A program made the translations under genes and the position numbers. A stretch of DNA of 64,000 nt, taken from positions 64,007 through 128,006 of the forward strand of contig JANMTS010000105.1 of the NCBI GenBank assembly GCA_031390755.1, given 5' to 3'. This stretch comes from Holophagales bacterium (GTDB lineage: Bacteria > Acidobacteriota > Thermoanaerobaculia > Multivoradales > UBA5704). The notes beneath the pieces were generated by a model. The model searched no databases. It saw only the letters and a program-made list of their open reading frames with translations, and was not told the DNA's origin. Positions 19,708 through 28,161 of the stretch are shown in pieces. Position 1 is the stretch's first letter. Each line of letters opens with the position of its first letter.

Positions 19708-20244
19708 CTACCGGGCCGCCTTCACCTTGAACGACCACGTGAACGTAAAGCGGGCGACGACCTGGCCGTCCGGAGCCGTGCCGACGGTCGCCGCCTCGAC
19801 GGTCACGGGCTCGCCGGTCGCGACCGTGTGAGCCACCGCGGCGGACATCGCCGCTCCGTCCGCGCAGGTGAAGGCCGTGACCCCGGTGGCTTTCTTGCCG
19901 AACTCCGCATTCATCCCCGTGATGAGCATCGAAACCGGCTTCGGAGCCAGCTCGACCGCCGCCAGCGCCAGCGTGCCGGTCGACAGCTCGGCCGCCATGC
20001 TCAGCGCCGCGAAGTAGGTCGAGCGGAATGGATTCGTGGTGCGCCAGCCATAGGGAACGGTGGCCACACAGTGGTCCGCGTCCAACTCGCGCACTCGCAG
20101 CCCCGCCATCAGAGCCAGGGGCAGCTTCGTCAGGAAGAAGCCGCGCATCATCCAGGGGCTGAGCATCCTGCGGCGGAGCTTCGTGGCGGCGCCGGACCGG
20201 GCTTCGGGGACGGCTGTCGCCACTTTCGTAATCGGTGCGTTCAT
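19708..20244 (-). CDS. hotdog-fold thioesterase-like protein (DUF4442/YiiD_C-like)
   Basis: ORF 19708..20370 trimmed to ATG 20244-20242 (MNAPITKV...). The segment NPFRSTYFAALSMAAELSTG resembles hotdog-fold proteins. Recognised from memory. Confidence 0.45.
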   Translation of the reverse strand: MNAPITKVATAVPEARSGAATKLRRRMLSPWMMRGFFLTKLPLALMAGLRVRELDADHCVATVPYGWRTTNPFRSTYFAALSMAAELSTGTLALAAVELAPKPVSMLITGMNAEFGKKATGVTAFTCADGAAMSAAVAHTVATGEPVTVEAATVGTAPDGQVVARFTFTWSFKVKAAR

Positions 20245-20263
20245 GAGGCACCTCCCTCCAAAT

Positions 20264-20560
20264 CTAGTGGCTCGGCTTGCGGCTGTACTTACCGATGTCG
20301 TCGTGCTTGACGACATCGACAAAAAAGATCGTCCCGCTCTCGATACGGAAGACGATCCGATCTCCGCCATTGATCCGGGCCTCGGAGTAATGCTTGCCCG
20401 GCTGGATGGGCTTGATGCGGAGGCCTGACGAAGCCTCTTGCTTCACCAAGGCCATTACAGCCTTGTCGCAGGAGACCTGCCGATCGGTGCTCAGGCGGGC
20501 ATAGGCAGCCTTCCAGTCCTCCGACCACTCTGCCGCGAGAAAGGTCTGCTTGCGGGCCAT
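20264..20560 (-). CDS. type II toxin, RelE/ParE superfamily-like
   Basis: ORF track, 98 aa. ...KPIQPGKHYSEARINGGDRIVFRIESGTIFFVDVVKHDDI. Lies 8 nt downstream of an AbrB-type antitoxin gene. Confidence 0.6.
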   Translation of the reverse strand: MARKQTFLAAEWSEDWKAAYARLSTDRQVSCDKAVMALVKQEASSGLRIKPIQPGKHYSEARINGGDRIVFRIESGTIFFVDVVKHDDIGKYSRKPSH

Positions 20561-20568
20561 GAACGAGG

Positions 20569-20865
20569 CTACCGCTTCAGGCTGTCGAGAAAGGCCTGGG
20601 CCTCGTCAGGCGTTTCCGTTCGCGTCGCCCTTCCCTCCGCGAAGTCCTTCTCGGCTCGCGCGACTCGCGCCCGCATCTCCGGGTGGTGGAACCAGAGTTG
20701 ATCGTTCGGGATCAGGGTCGCCGGAACCAACTCGTAGGTGCCACGATCGGTCCGTTCCAGAAGGATCAGATCGCCTGCCTCGACCTTGAGCGCCGACCGT
20801 ACCTCTTCAGGAAGGGTGGTGCGCCCTTTCTTGTCCAGGGTGAGAAAGACAGTCGCAGGTGCCAT
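20569..20865 (-). CDS. AbrB/MazE/SpoVT-family antitoxin
   Basis: ORF track, 98 aa. LDKKGRTTLPEEVRSALKVEAGDLILLE is the SpoVT-AbrB swapped-hairpin pattern. Confidence 0.75.
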   Translation of the reverse strand: MAPATVFLTLDKKGRTTLPEEVRSALKVEAGDLILLERTDRGTYELVPATLIPNDQLWFHHPEMRARVARAEKDFAEGRATRTETPDEAQAFLDSLKR

Positions 20866-20893
20866 AGTGGGATAATACCACTTTCCCTCCGCC

Positions 20894-20920
20894 GGGGAAG
20901 GGGGGGAATGGGATCAAACC
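20894..20920. repeat. family 1 element, partial copy B (GGGGAAGGGGGGGAATGGGATCAAACC)
   Basis: Only the G-rich/GGGATCAA tail is present. The TCA of GATCAA is the UbiD-family gene's stop codon on the minus strand. Confidence 0.5.
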
Positions 20921-22731
20921 GTGAGATGCCCCGCGTTCGAATCCCCCATCTCCACCTTCCCTCCAGGGAAGTACTCCTTCCATCTCCGCGTCACCGTCGC
21001 CTCGGTCTCCTGGTCGCAGAACAGCTCGTCCGGGAAGCCGGGCTTGAGGCGGGCGTCGATCAGGATCGGCGGCTTGTAGGAGAGGTGGTTTCGCACCACG
21101 TCCCGGGATGCGGCGTGGAGGTCCGCGGCGGGCTCGAAGCGGGTGAAGGTGGTCCAGAGGAAGTTCATGGCGCTCGCGGCGGCCCGGCGCGGCTCGTCGG
21201 TGAGGACCAGCAGCGGCCAGTACGCGAAGGCGGGATGCGCGACGAAGCGGGCGGCGGCTTCGGGGTCGTCCTTGAACGCGGGGCCTCCCACCACCAGGCA
21301 GCCGGGACAGAAGACCCGGACGTCGGTCACTCCCATCGGCACCTCGGCGGCGGAAAACTCGCCCGGCAGGTCGCGGACCGGATCTCCGAGCCCGAGCCAG
21401 ACTCCCTTCGAGCCCTCGTTCACCTTCGGCCCGGTGTAGTCGAGCGTGTCCATCGAGAGGTTCGAGAGGACGTAGAGGTCGGTCTCGGGCCGCGTCCGCT
21501 CCAGGATGTGGATGAGCGTGGCCCGGAAATCCTTGAGATCGACCGGGCGGTCGGTGACCAGCAGGAACTTGGTCAGCGACAGCTGGCCTTCGCCCAGGAT
21601 GCGGAAGGCCGAGGCCATGGCCTCGCGCTTGTAGCGCTCCCGGACCACCGCGCCGGCCAGCGAGTGATAGCCGGTCTCGCCGTAGGACCACAGCGCCTGC
21701 ACTCCGGGCATGACCAGCGGGAACAGCGGCGACAGCAGCTCCTGGAGAAGGTCGCCGATGAAAAAGTCTTCCTGCCGGGGCTTGCCCACCACCGTGGCCG
21801 GGAAGATCGCGTCCTTGCGCCGGGCCAGCGCGTCCACGTGGAAGACCGGGTAGTCGTGGCGGAGCGAGTAGTAGCCGTAGTGGTCGCCGAACGGACCCTC
21901 CGGCCGGCGCTCCCGGGGCGCGACCCGGCCGATCAGCGCGATCTCGGCGTTGGCGATGAGCGGATGCAGGCCGGCCGGCGGCGGCGAGACCCGCGGCAGG
22001 CGTTCGCCCGCGATCAGCGAGGCCAGCATCAGCTCCGGAACGTTCTCGGGCAGCGGCGCGATGGCGGCCAGGATCAGCGCCGGCGGCCCGCCGAGGAAGA
22101 CCGTCACCGGCAGATCCTCGCCGCGCGCCTCGGCCACGCCGTAGTGGAAGCCGCCGCCCTTGCCGATCTGCCAGTGCATGCCGGTCGTCCGCGGATCGTG
22201 GACGTGCAGCCGGTACATGCCGAGGTTGTGACCCTTGCCGTCCGGGTGCTCGGTGTAGACCAGCGGCAGGGTGACGAACGGGCCGCCGTCCTCCGGCCAG
22301 GTGGTGAGGACGGGCAACTTGTCCAGCCGGACGTCGTTCGTGACGATCTCCGTCACCGGCCCAGCCCGGCGAGTGGAGAGTCCGATCTTCAGCGCCTCGC
22401 CGGCCAGGTCGCGGGCGCCCCAGAGCTTGCCGAGGGTCGGCGGCATCAGCGTCTCGGCCAGGTGGACCAGCCGCTCGATCAGCCGCTGGGGCCGCGTGCC
22501 GAACGCCAGCCCGGCCCGGCGCGCGGTGCCGAAGAGGTTCGTGGCCAGCGGGATCTCCGCGCCGCGGACGTTCGTGAACAGCAGGGCCGGACCGCCGGCC
22601 GCGATCACGCGGCGGTGGATCTCGGCGGCTTCGAACCGGGCATCGACCGGCGCGTCGACGACGGCGAGGTCGCCGTCCTTGCCGAGGCGGTCGAGAAAGG
22701 CGCGGAGGTCGGGGAACATCGTGTCAGCCAT
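20914..22731 (-). CDS. UbiD-family (prenylated-FMN dependent) decarboxylase
   Basis: ORF track, 605 aa. DLRAFLDRLGKDGDLAVVDAPVD..., GMYRLHV..., MHWQIGKGGGFHY. Confidence 0.85.
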   Translation of the reverse strand: MADTMFPDLRAFLDRLGKDGDLAVVDAPVDARFEAAEIHRRVIAAGGPALLFTNVRGAEIPLATNLFGTARRAGLAFGTRPQRLIERLVHLAETLMPPTLGKLWGARDLAGEALKIGLSTRRAGPVTEIVTNDVRLDKLPVLTTWPEDGGPFVTLPLVYTEHPDGKGHNLGMYRLHVHDPRTTGMHWQIGKGGGFHYGVAEARGEDLPVTVFLGGPPALILAAIAPLPENVPELMLASLIAGERLPRVSPPPAGLHPLIANAEIALIGRVAPRERRPEGPFGDHYGYYSLRHDYPVFHVDALARRKDAIFPATVVGKPRQEDFFIGDLLQELLSPLFPLVMPGVQALWSYGETGYHSLAGAVVRERYKREAMASAFRILGEGQLSLTKFLLVTDRPVDLKDFRATLIHILERTRPETDLYVLSNLSMDTLDYTGPKVNEGSKGVWLGLGDPVRDLPGEFSAAEVPMGVTDVRVFCPGCLVVGGPAFKDDPEAAARFVAHPAFAYWPLLVLTDEPRRAAASAMNFLWTTFTRFEPAADLHAASRDVVRNHLSYKPPILIDARLKPGFPDELFCDQETEATVTRRWKEYFPGGKVEMGDSNAGHLTV

Positions 22732-22793
22732 GGCGGGCCGAGTCTAAACTATGCTGGCGTTCCCACACGAAGCAGGAGAACAGGAGCCGACCG

Positions 22794-25244
22794 ATGGCCG
22801 AAGCTCTTTCGACCCCGCCGCCGCTAACATCCCCGAATGCCGTCCGCAGGCCCCGGCGCGGTCTGCGCTGGCTGGGTCTGATCCTTCTCCTGATCGTCGT
22901 CCTTCTCCTCGTCGTCCTCGTCGGGGCGCTCTGGATGCGCGGCGAGCTTCGGGCGAGCCTGCCGCAGATGGACGGCGAGCGGCCGGTCGCCGGGCTGACC
23001 GCGCCGGTCACGGTCGAGCGCGACGGCCTCGGCGTGCCCACGATTCGCGCCGCCTCCCGGGTGGACGCCATCCGCGCCCTCGGCTTCCTCCATGCCCAGG
23101 ACCGCTTCTTCCAGATGGATCTGCTGCGGCGGCAGGCTGCGGGCGAGCTGTCCGAGCTGGTCGGGAAGGCCGCCGTGGAGACCGACAAGGGGCACCGGGT
23201 CCACCGGCTGCGCGATGTGGCCCAGCGTAGCGTCGCGGCCGCGTCGCCTGCGGACCGCGAGCTTCTCGAGGCCTACACTGCCGGAGTGAACGCCGGCCTC
23301 GCGGCCCTCGGAGCGCCGCCGTTCGAGTACCTTCTCCTCCGGCTCGATCCCGCTCCCTGGAAGCCGGAGGACACCTTCCTCGTCGTGCTCGCCATGTTCA
23401 TCGAGCTGAACGACCCGGACGGCACGCACGAGCTTTCTCTGGGCGTGATGCGCGACACCCTCCCCGGCCCGATGTTCGACTTCCTCTCCCAGAGCGGCGG
23501 CGAGTGGGACGCGCCGCTGGTCGGCCAGCCCATGGCCACGCCGCCGATCCCCGGCCCCGAGGTGTTCGACCTGCGCAAGGAGACCGTCCGCGCCCGGCCG
23601 CTCCCGTGGAACACCGTCGGCGAGCGCCGCCAGCCCCGGGGCAGCAACAACTGGGCGGTCGCCGGCACCCACACCGCGGATGGCCGGGCCTGGATCGCGA
23701 ACGACATGCACCTCGGCATCCAGGTCCCGAACATCTGGTACCGCGCCTCAATGGCCGTCGGCGACCGCCGCTCCACCGGCGTCACCCTCCCCGGCGTCCC
23801 CGCCTTCGCCGTCGGCAGCACCGGCCGCATCGCCTGGGGGTTCACCAACAGCTACGTCGACTGGCACGACCTCGTGATCGTCGAGACCGATCCGAAGAAC
23901 CCGGAGACCTACCGGACCGCCCAGGGTCCGCGCCGGTTCGAGCACAGGAAAGAGGTCATCCGGGTGAAGGGCGGAGAGGACGTGACGCTGGACGTTCGCG
24001 AGACGATCTGGGGACCGGTGGTTCTGGACGAGGGACTGGAAGGACGCCCGGACCGGCCGCTCGTCCTCGCCTGGACCGCCCATCATCCCGATGCAATCAA
24101 CCTGGAGTTCTTCCGCCTGGAAGAAGCCCGCACGGTCGACGACGCGATCGAGATCGCCCACCGTTCCGGCATCCCGCCGCAGAACTTCGTGGTCGCCGAC
24201 GCCGGCGGCCGGATCGCCTGGACCATCATCGGAAAGATCCCCAAGCGGACCGGTTTCGACGGCAAGGCCCCCACGTCGTGGGCCGACGGAACCCACAACT
24301 GGAACGGCTGGCTCGCGACGGACGAGGTGCCGAAGATCGTCGATCCCCCGTCGGGCCGGATCTGGACCGCCAACACCCGCGTCGTGGAAGGTGAGGAGCT
24401 GGCCCGGGTCGGCGACGCCGGCTACTGGCTCGGAGCCCGCGCCCGCCAGATCCGCGACGGTCTTCTCGCGCTGGACAAGGCAACGCCCCGGGATCTCCTC
24501 GCCATCCAGCTCGACGACCGCGCGCTGTTCCTGGAGCGCTGGCACAAGCTCTTCCTCGACACCCTCACGCCCCAGGCTCTGGAGGGGCATCCGCGCCGTG
24601 CCGAGCTGCGCAAACAGCTGGAGACGGGCTGGACCGGCCACGCCTCGGTCGATTCGACGGCCTACCGCTTCGTCAAGGAGATGCGGGTCGACTTCCGCAA
24701 CCGGACCTTCGAGTCGATCTTCGCCCGCTGCGCCGCAGCCGACGAGCGCTTCGATCCGGGCGACCTGCGGCAGATCGAGGGGCCGCTCTGGAAGCTCGTC
24801 GCCGAGCGCCCGGCCCACCTGCTCGATCCGCAGCACAAGACCTGGGACGAGCAGCTCCTGGCCTCGGTCGACGCCGTGCTCGCGAGCTATGAAGGCCAGG
24901 ATCTCGCCGGTCGCACCTGGGGAGAGAGGAACACCTCTCGCATCCGCCATCCGCTCTCCGCGGCCCTCCCCGGCTTCGCCGCGCGCTGGCTGAACGTCGA
25001 TCCGCGACCGCTCCCCGGGGATGCGGACATGCCGCGCTTCGTGACCCCCGCCTTCGGAGCCTCGGAGCGGATCGTGGTCTCGCCGGGTGGAGAAGACGCC
25101 GGCTTCTTCCACATGCCCGTGGGTCAGAGCGGCCATCCGCTCTCGCCGCACTACCGGGACGGCCAGAAGGCCTGGGAGGAAGGGCTGCCGACGCCGTTCC
25201 TGCCGGGCACGGCGGTGACGACGCTCAGGCTGATTCCCGGCTGA
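22794..25244 (+). CDS. penicillin acylase family Ntn-hydrolase (possible acyl-homoserine-lactone acylase)
   Basis: ORF track, 816 aa. N-terminal TM anchor, GFLHAQDRFFQMD, and a GSNNWAV nucleophile site. Confidence 0.85.
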   Translation: MAEALSTPPPLTSPNAVRRPRRGLRWLGLILLLIVVLLLVVLVGALWMRGELRASLPQMDGERPVAGLTAPVTVERDGLGVPTIRAASRVDAIRALGFLHAQDRFFQMDLLRRQAAGELSELVGKAAVETDKGHRVHRLRDVAQRSVAAASPADRELLEAYTAGVNAGLAALGAPPFEYLLLRLDPAPWKPEDTFLVVLAMFIELNDPDGTHELSLGVMRDTLPGPMFDFLSQSGGEWDAPLVGQPMATPPIPGPEVFDLRKETVRARPLPWNTVGERRQPRGSNNWAVAGTHTADGRAWIANDMHLGIQVPNIWYRASMAVGDRRSTGVTLPGVPAFAVGSTGRIAWGFTNSYVDWHDLVIVETDPKNPETYRTAQGPRRFEHRKEVIRVKGGEDVTLDVRETIWGPVVLDEGLEGRPDRPLVLAWTAHHPDAINLEFFRLEEARTVDDAIEIAHRSGIPPQNFVVADAGGRIAWTIIGKIPKRTGFDGKAPTSWADGTHNWNGWLATDEVPKIVDPPSGRIWTANTRVVEGEELARVGDAGYWLGARARQIRDGLLALDKATPRDLLAIQLDDRALFLERWHKLFLDTLTPQALEGHPRRAELRKQLETGWTGHASVDSTAYRFVKEMRVDFRNRTFESIFARCAAADERFDPGDLRQIEGPLWKLVAERPAHLLDPQHKTWDEQLLASVDAVLASYEGQDLAGRTWGERNTSRIRHPLSAALPGFAARWLNVDPRPLPGDADMPRFVTPAFGASERIVVSPGGEDAGFFHMPVGQSGHPLSPHYRDGQKAWEEGLPTPFLPGTAVTTLRLIPG

Positions 25245-25346
25245 TTTTCAGCGGCGTTAACCAGCCGCGCCGCTCCGGCGTCTCAGGAGCACGACCCCGG
25301 ATCGACGACCGGTCCGGCAGGTCGCTCTGAACAAGGGAGGGCTCCG

Positions 25347-25808
25347 ATGGAACGCTGGCTCGTCATCTTGATCCTGGGACAATTCGCCTTCACGGCCTTC
25401 ATCATCTGGCTGATCGCCCGCTATCGGGAGGGGCGGCTGCGGCAGCGGTCCGAGGAGCGGTCGCGGCTGATGGAGCGCTTCTCCTCCGGCCAGGAGCTGA
25501 CCGACTTCCTCAACAGCCCGGCCGGCGCGCGCTACCTCGAGCTGATGGGCAGCCAGCCATCGCATCCCGCGAGGTCGCTCTCGGGAGCCGTGACCGCGGG
25601 GATCATCTCGATCTCCGCGGGCTGCGCCTTCATGGTGCTCCCCAACCTCATGCCTCAGGGCGAGCTCTTCGGCCTGCGGATTCCCGGCGTCCTGGGAATC
25701 ATGGTCGGAGTCGGAATCCTGATCTCGGCGGCGGTCTCCTCCTGGTTCTATCGCCGTGCCGGTCTGCTGACGAGATCGCGGCGCGAGGGACTCGGCGAAG
25801 AGCTGTGA
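25347..25808 (+). CDS. hypothetical membrane protein
   Basis: ORF track, 153 aa, three hydrophobic helices. 4-nt overlap with the ECF sigma gene. Confidence 0.6.
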   Translation: MERWLVILILGQFAFTAFIIWLIARYREGRLRQRSEERSRLMERFSSGQELTDFLNSPAGARYLELMGSQPSHPARSLSGAVTAGIISISAGCAFMVLPNLMPQGELFGLRIPGVLGIMVGVGILISAAVSSWFYRRAGLLTRSRREGLGEEL

Positions 25809-26296
25809 ACGGAAGTCCGATGGACCAAGGCGCCTTCGAGCGCTTCCATGCCGAGACCGCGGAGGCTCTGTGGGCGTATCTGCGGAGGCTCGCCGGGGAT
25901 TCGGCGCTCGCCGACGACGTGCTCCAGGAGAGCTATCTGAAGTTTCTGCGCCGTCCGCCCGCCGCGGACCGCGATCCGCGGGAGCATCGCGGGTATCTCT
26001 TTCAGATCGCCACCAACCTGGTCCACGACCGTTGGCGCAGCCGGAAGCGGGAAGCCTCGATGCTGGAGCGCGTGCTCACCCTGTGGCCGGCCCGGCCCGG
26101 GCGGAGCCCCGGCCTGGGGCTGGACATGGGAAGCGCCCTGCAACGCCTGCCGCCGCGGGAGCGCGCCCTGCTCTGGCTGGCCTATGTAGATGGCTACAAT
26201 CACCGGGAGATCGCCCGGATTCTGAACCTGAAGGAAGGAAGCGTCCGGGTGCTGCTCTTCCGGGCGCGCAAGAAGCTGGAGAAGGAGCTCGCATGA
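25805..26296 (+). CDS. ECF-type RNA polymerase sigma-70 family factor
   Basis: ORF track, 163 aa (GTG 25805; alternative ATG 25820). Region 2 DDVLQESYLKFL...YLFQIATNLVHDRWR; region 4 LPPRERALLWLAYVDGYNHREIARIL. Confidence 0.85.
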   Translation: MNGSPMDQGAFERFHAETAEALWAYLRRLAGDSALADDVLQESYLKFLRRPPAADRDPREHRGYLFQIATNLVHDRWRSRKREASMLERVLTLWPARPGRSPGLGLDMGSALQRLPPRERALLWLAYVDGYNHREIARILNLKEGSVRVLLFRARKKLEKELA

Positions 26297-26652
26297 AGGA
26301 AGAGAAGTCCCCCCAAGCCCTCCCGCCCGACGAGCTTGCGATCCAGGAGGGACTGCGGCAACTCGCCCTGGAATCCCGGATCGACCGTCCCGACCGCCCC
26401 GAACGTCCCCTGCCGGCAGCTTCGGATTTGTGGTGGCGCGCTGAGATCCTGTCCCGCTGGAACGCCCGGGACGACGCGGCCCGGGAGGCCGAGCGCCCGA
26501 TCGTCTGGGGCCGAGCCGCGGCCGGCGTCGCGGCCCTCCTCATTCCGCTGTGCTTCTTTGAGTCGGCGCCGTGGCTCATGGCGGGCCTCGCGGCGCTCGG
26601 AATGCCTCTGATCGTGCTTGTGGCCTGGCTCTTCCTGCAACGCGAGACTTGA
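26293..26652 (+). CDS. putative anti-sigma factor (single-pass membrane protein)
   Basis: Frame of ORF 25870..26652 trimmed to ATG 26293 (ATGA overlap with the sigma stop). 119 aa with C-terminal TM helices. Confidence 0.55.
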   Translation: MKEEKSPQALPPDELAIQEGLRQLALESRIDRPDRPERPLPAASDLWWRAEILSRWNARDDAAREAERPIVWGRAAAGVAALLIPLCFFESAPWLMAGLAALGMPLIVLVAWLFLQRET

Positions 26653-26747
26653 CGGTTCCGGCAGCTCGAGGCTGGCGGGAGCCGAGGGCCGCCTGCGTAC
26701 CTCCGTGTGAAGGCGTTCAAAACACCAATCCACGGAGAAAAACCGAT

Positions 26748-27428
26748 ATGTCTCTTCAAACTCTCGCGGCTCCGCAACTCGTCATCAACAGCCGCATGAT
26801 CTATTCGAGCTGGATTCCGGCCGACCCCAAGGCGGCCGCGGCCCTGCTGCCGTCCCGTCTCCGCCCGGCCGACAACCAGGCGATCTACATGAATCAGTAC
26901 GTCGTGGACTCGGAGGAGCAGACCTCCGGGTTCGGCGCCTACTCGCTGACCTACCTCGGACTCGACCTGGGAAATCTGACCGCCCCGGACGGCGTCACGC
27001 CCGCTCGATTCTTCACCAACTATCTCAATTCGTCCGCCATCATGCGCGAGTACGTGGCGGAGCGCGGCGTCCCTGCCTCGCCGGGCACGACCACGGTCGA
27101 AGTCCACGGCCATGATCTGGAAGCCACGACGTTCGTGGACGGAGTGGCGATCATCCGCACCCGCGCCAAGGTAGGCAAGAAGATCGGCGTCGTGGCGCGC
27201 GGCCATCTGACCTATCTGACGCAGCTCGACGGCAAGATCCTGGCGGGCAACTACGCCTACATCGGCGAGCTGGTCGATCCCTTCGAGCTGAAGTCGGTCG
27301 AGTTCCTGGCCAAGGACCACCCGCTCTGGGCGATCCGTCCCGCCGACCCCTTCCAGCCCGTGGCCGCGTCCTCCTGGTTCGCCCCGCGCGACTCGTTCGT
27401 CTACCCGGGCGGCGAGTACGAAGTCTGA
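26748..27428 (+). CDS. hypothetical protein (possibly acetoacetate-decarboxylase-like fold)
   Basis: ORF 26571..27428 trimmed to ATG 26748, preceded by GGAGAAAAA. 226 aa. The family call is weak. Confidence 0.5.
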   Translation: MSLQTLAAPQLVINSRMIYSSWIPADPKAAAALLPSRLRPADNQAIYMNQYVVDSEEQTSGFGAYSLTYLGLDLGNLTAPDGVTPARFFTNYLNSSAIMREYVAERGVPASPGTTTVEVHGHDLEATTFVDGVAIIRTRAKVGKKIGVVARGHLTYLTQLDGKILAGNYAYIGELVDPFELKSVEFLAKDHPLWAIRPADPFQPVAASSWFAPRDSFVYPGGEYEV

Positions 27429-27455
27429 AGTGGTTGGTCGGTCCCGCCCGGGAGG

Positions 27456-27976
27456 GAAGCCTCCGTCGGGATGACGGATGCTTCCGGCACGGCGCCGGAC
27501 CGAGAAGTCGGCCGCCGGAAGCATCCGCCGTGAACACGGACGTTTCCGGCGTACGACTGAAGCTTCCGGCGCGACGCCGGACCGGTAAGTCAGTCGACGG
27601 GAGCTTCCACCGTGAACACGGACGCATCCGGCGTGACGACTGAAGCTTCCGGCGCGGCGCGGAACCGGGAAGTCGGTCGCCGGAAGCATCCGCCTTGAAC
27701 ACGGACGCTTCCGGCGTACGACTGAAGCTTCTGGCGCGACGCCGGACCTGTAAGTCAGCCGACGGAAGCTTCCGGCGTGAACACGGACGCATACGGCATG
27801 GCGACCGAAGCTTCCGGCGCGGCGTCGGATCGGGAAGTCGGCTGGCGGACGAGTCCGGCACGACTACGGAAGCTGCCGCCATGACGGCGGACGCATCGGG
27901 CAAGACGACGGAAGCTTCCGGAGTGAGGACGGACGCGTCCGGCACGGCGCCGGATCGGGGGAAAGTGCCTTTCCCC
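27456..27976. repeat. tandem array 1 of 41-42-nt palindromic units (alternating A/B types, ~165-nt higher-order repeat) ending in the GGGGAAAG-tgc-CTTTCCCC hairpin
   Basis: GAAGC(T/A)TCC anchors at 27456, 27518, 27559, 27601, 27642, 27683, 27724, 27765, 27807, 27869 and 27911. Block 27518-27682 is repeated at 27683-27848. Confidence 0.9.
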
Positions 27977-28044
27977 GGAGCCGCGGGGCGGAAGGAAGAG
28001 CGCTACAATTGTGCCTCTTCCACCGTCCCTGCGAACGGAGCCCC

Positions 28045-28155
28045 ATGCCTCGAGCCAAGAAGACTTCCGTTCAGTACCTCATCCTCAGCCTGATCGCGTT
28101 GCCGGTCGTGATGTTCATCGCGTTCATCGCGTACTACCTTCTCAAGGGTCTTTGA
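28045..28155 (+). CDS. possible 36-aa single-TM small protein
   Basis: Hand translation gives MPRAKKTSVQYLILSLIALPVVMFIAFIAYYLLKGL*. GGAG lies 5 nt upstream, and the ORF ends 6 nt before the next gene. Below the ORF-track length cut-off. Confidence 0.4.
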   Translation: MPRAKKTSVQYLILSLIALPVVMFIAFIAYYLLKGL

Positions 28156-28161
28156 GCCGCG

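Noticed and set aside
20683-22827. 714-aa + strand ORF opposite the UbiD-family gene
   Set aside because: Antisense shadow. The UbiD motifs are on the minus strand.
27456-27976. CRISPR array interpretation of the two repeat arrays (also 42929-43440)
   Set aside because: There are no unique spacers. Every 41-42-nt unit is a variant of the same one or two consensus units, the period is too short for repeat plus spacer, and no cas genes are in the window.
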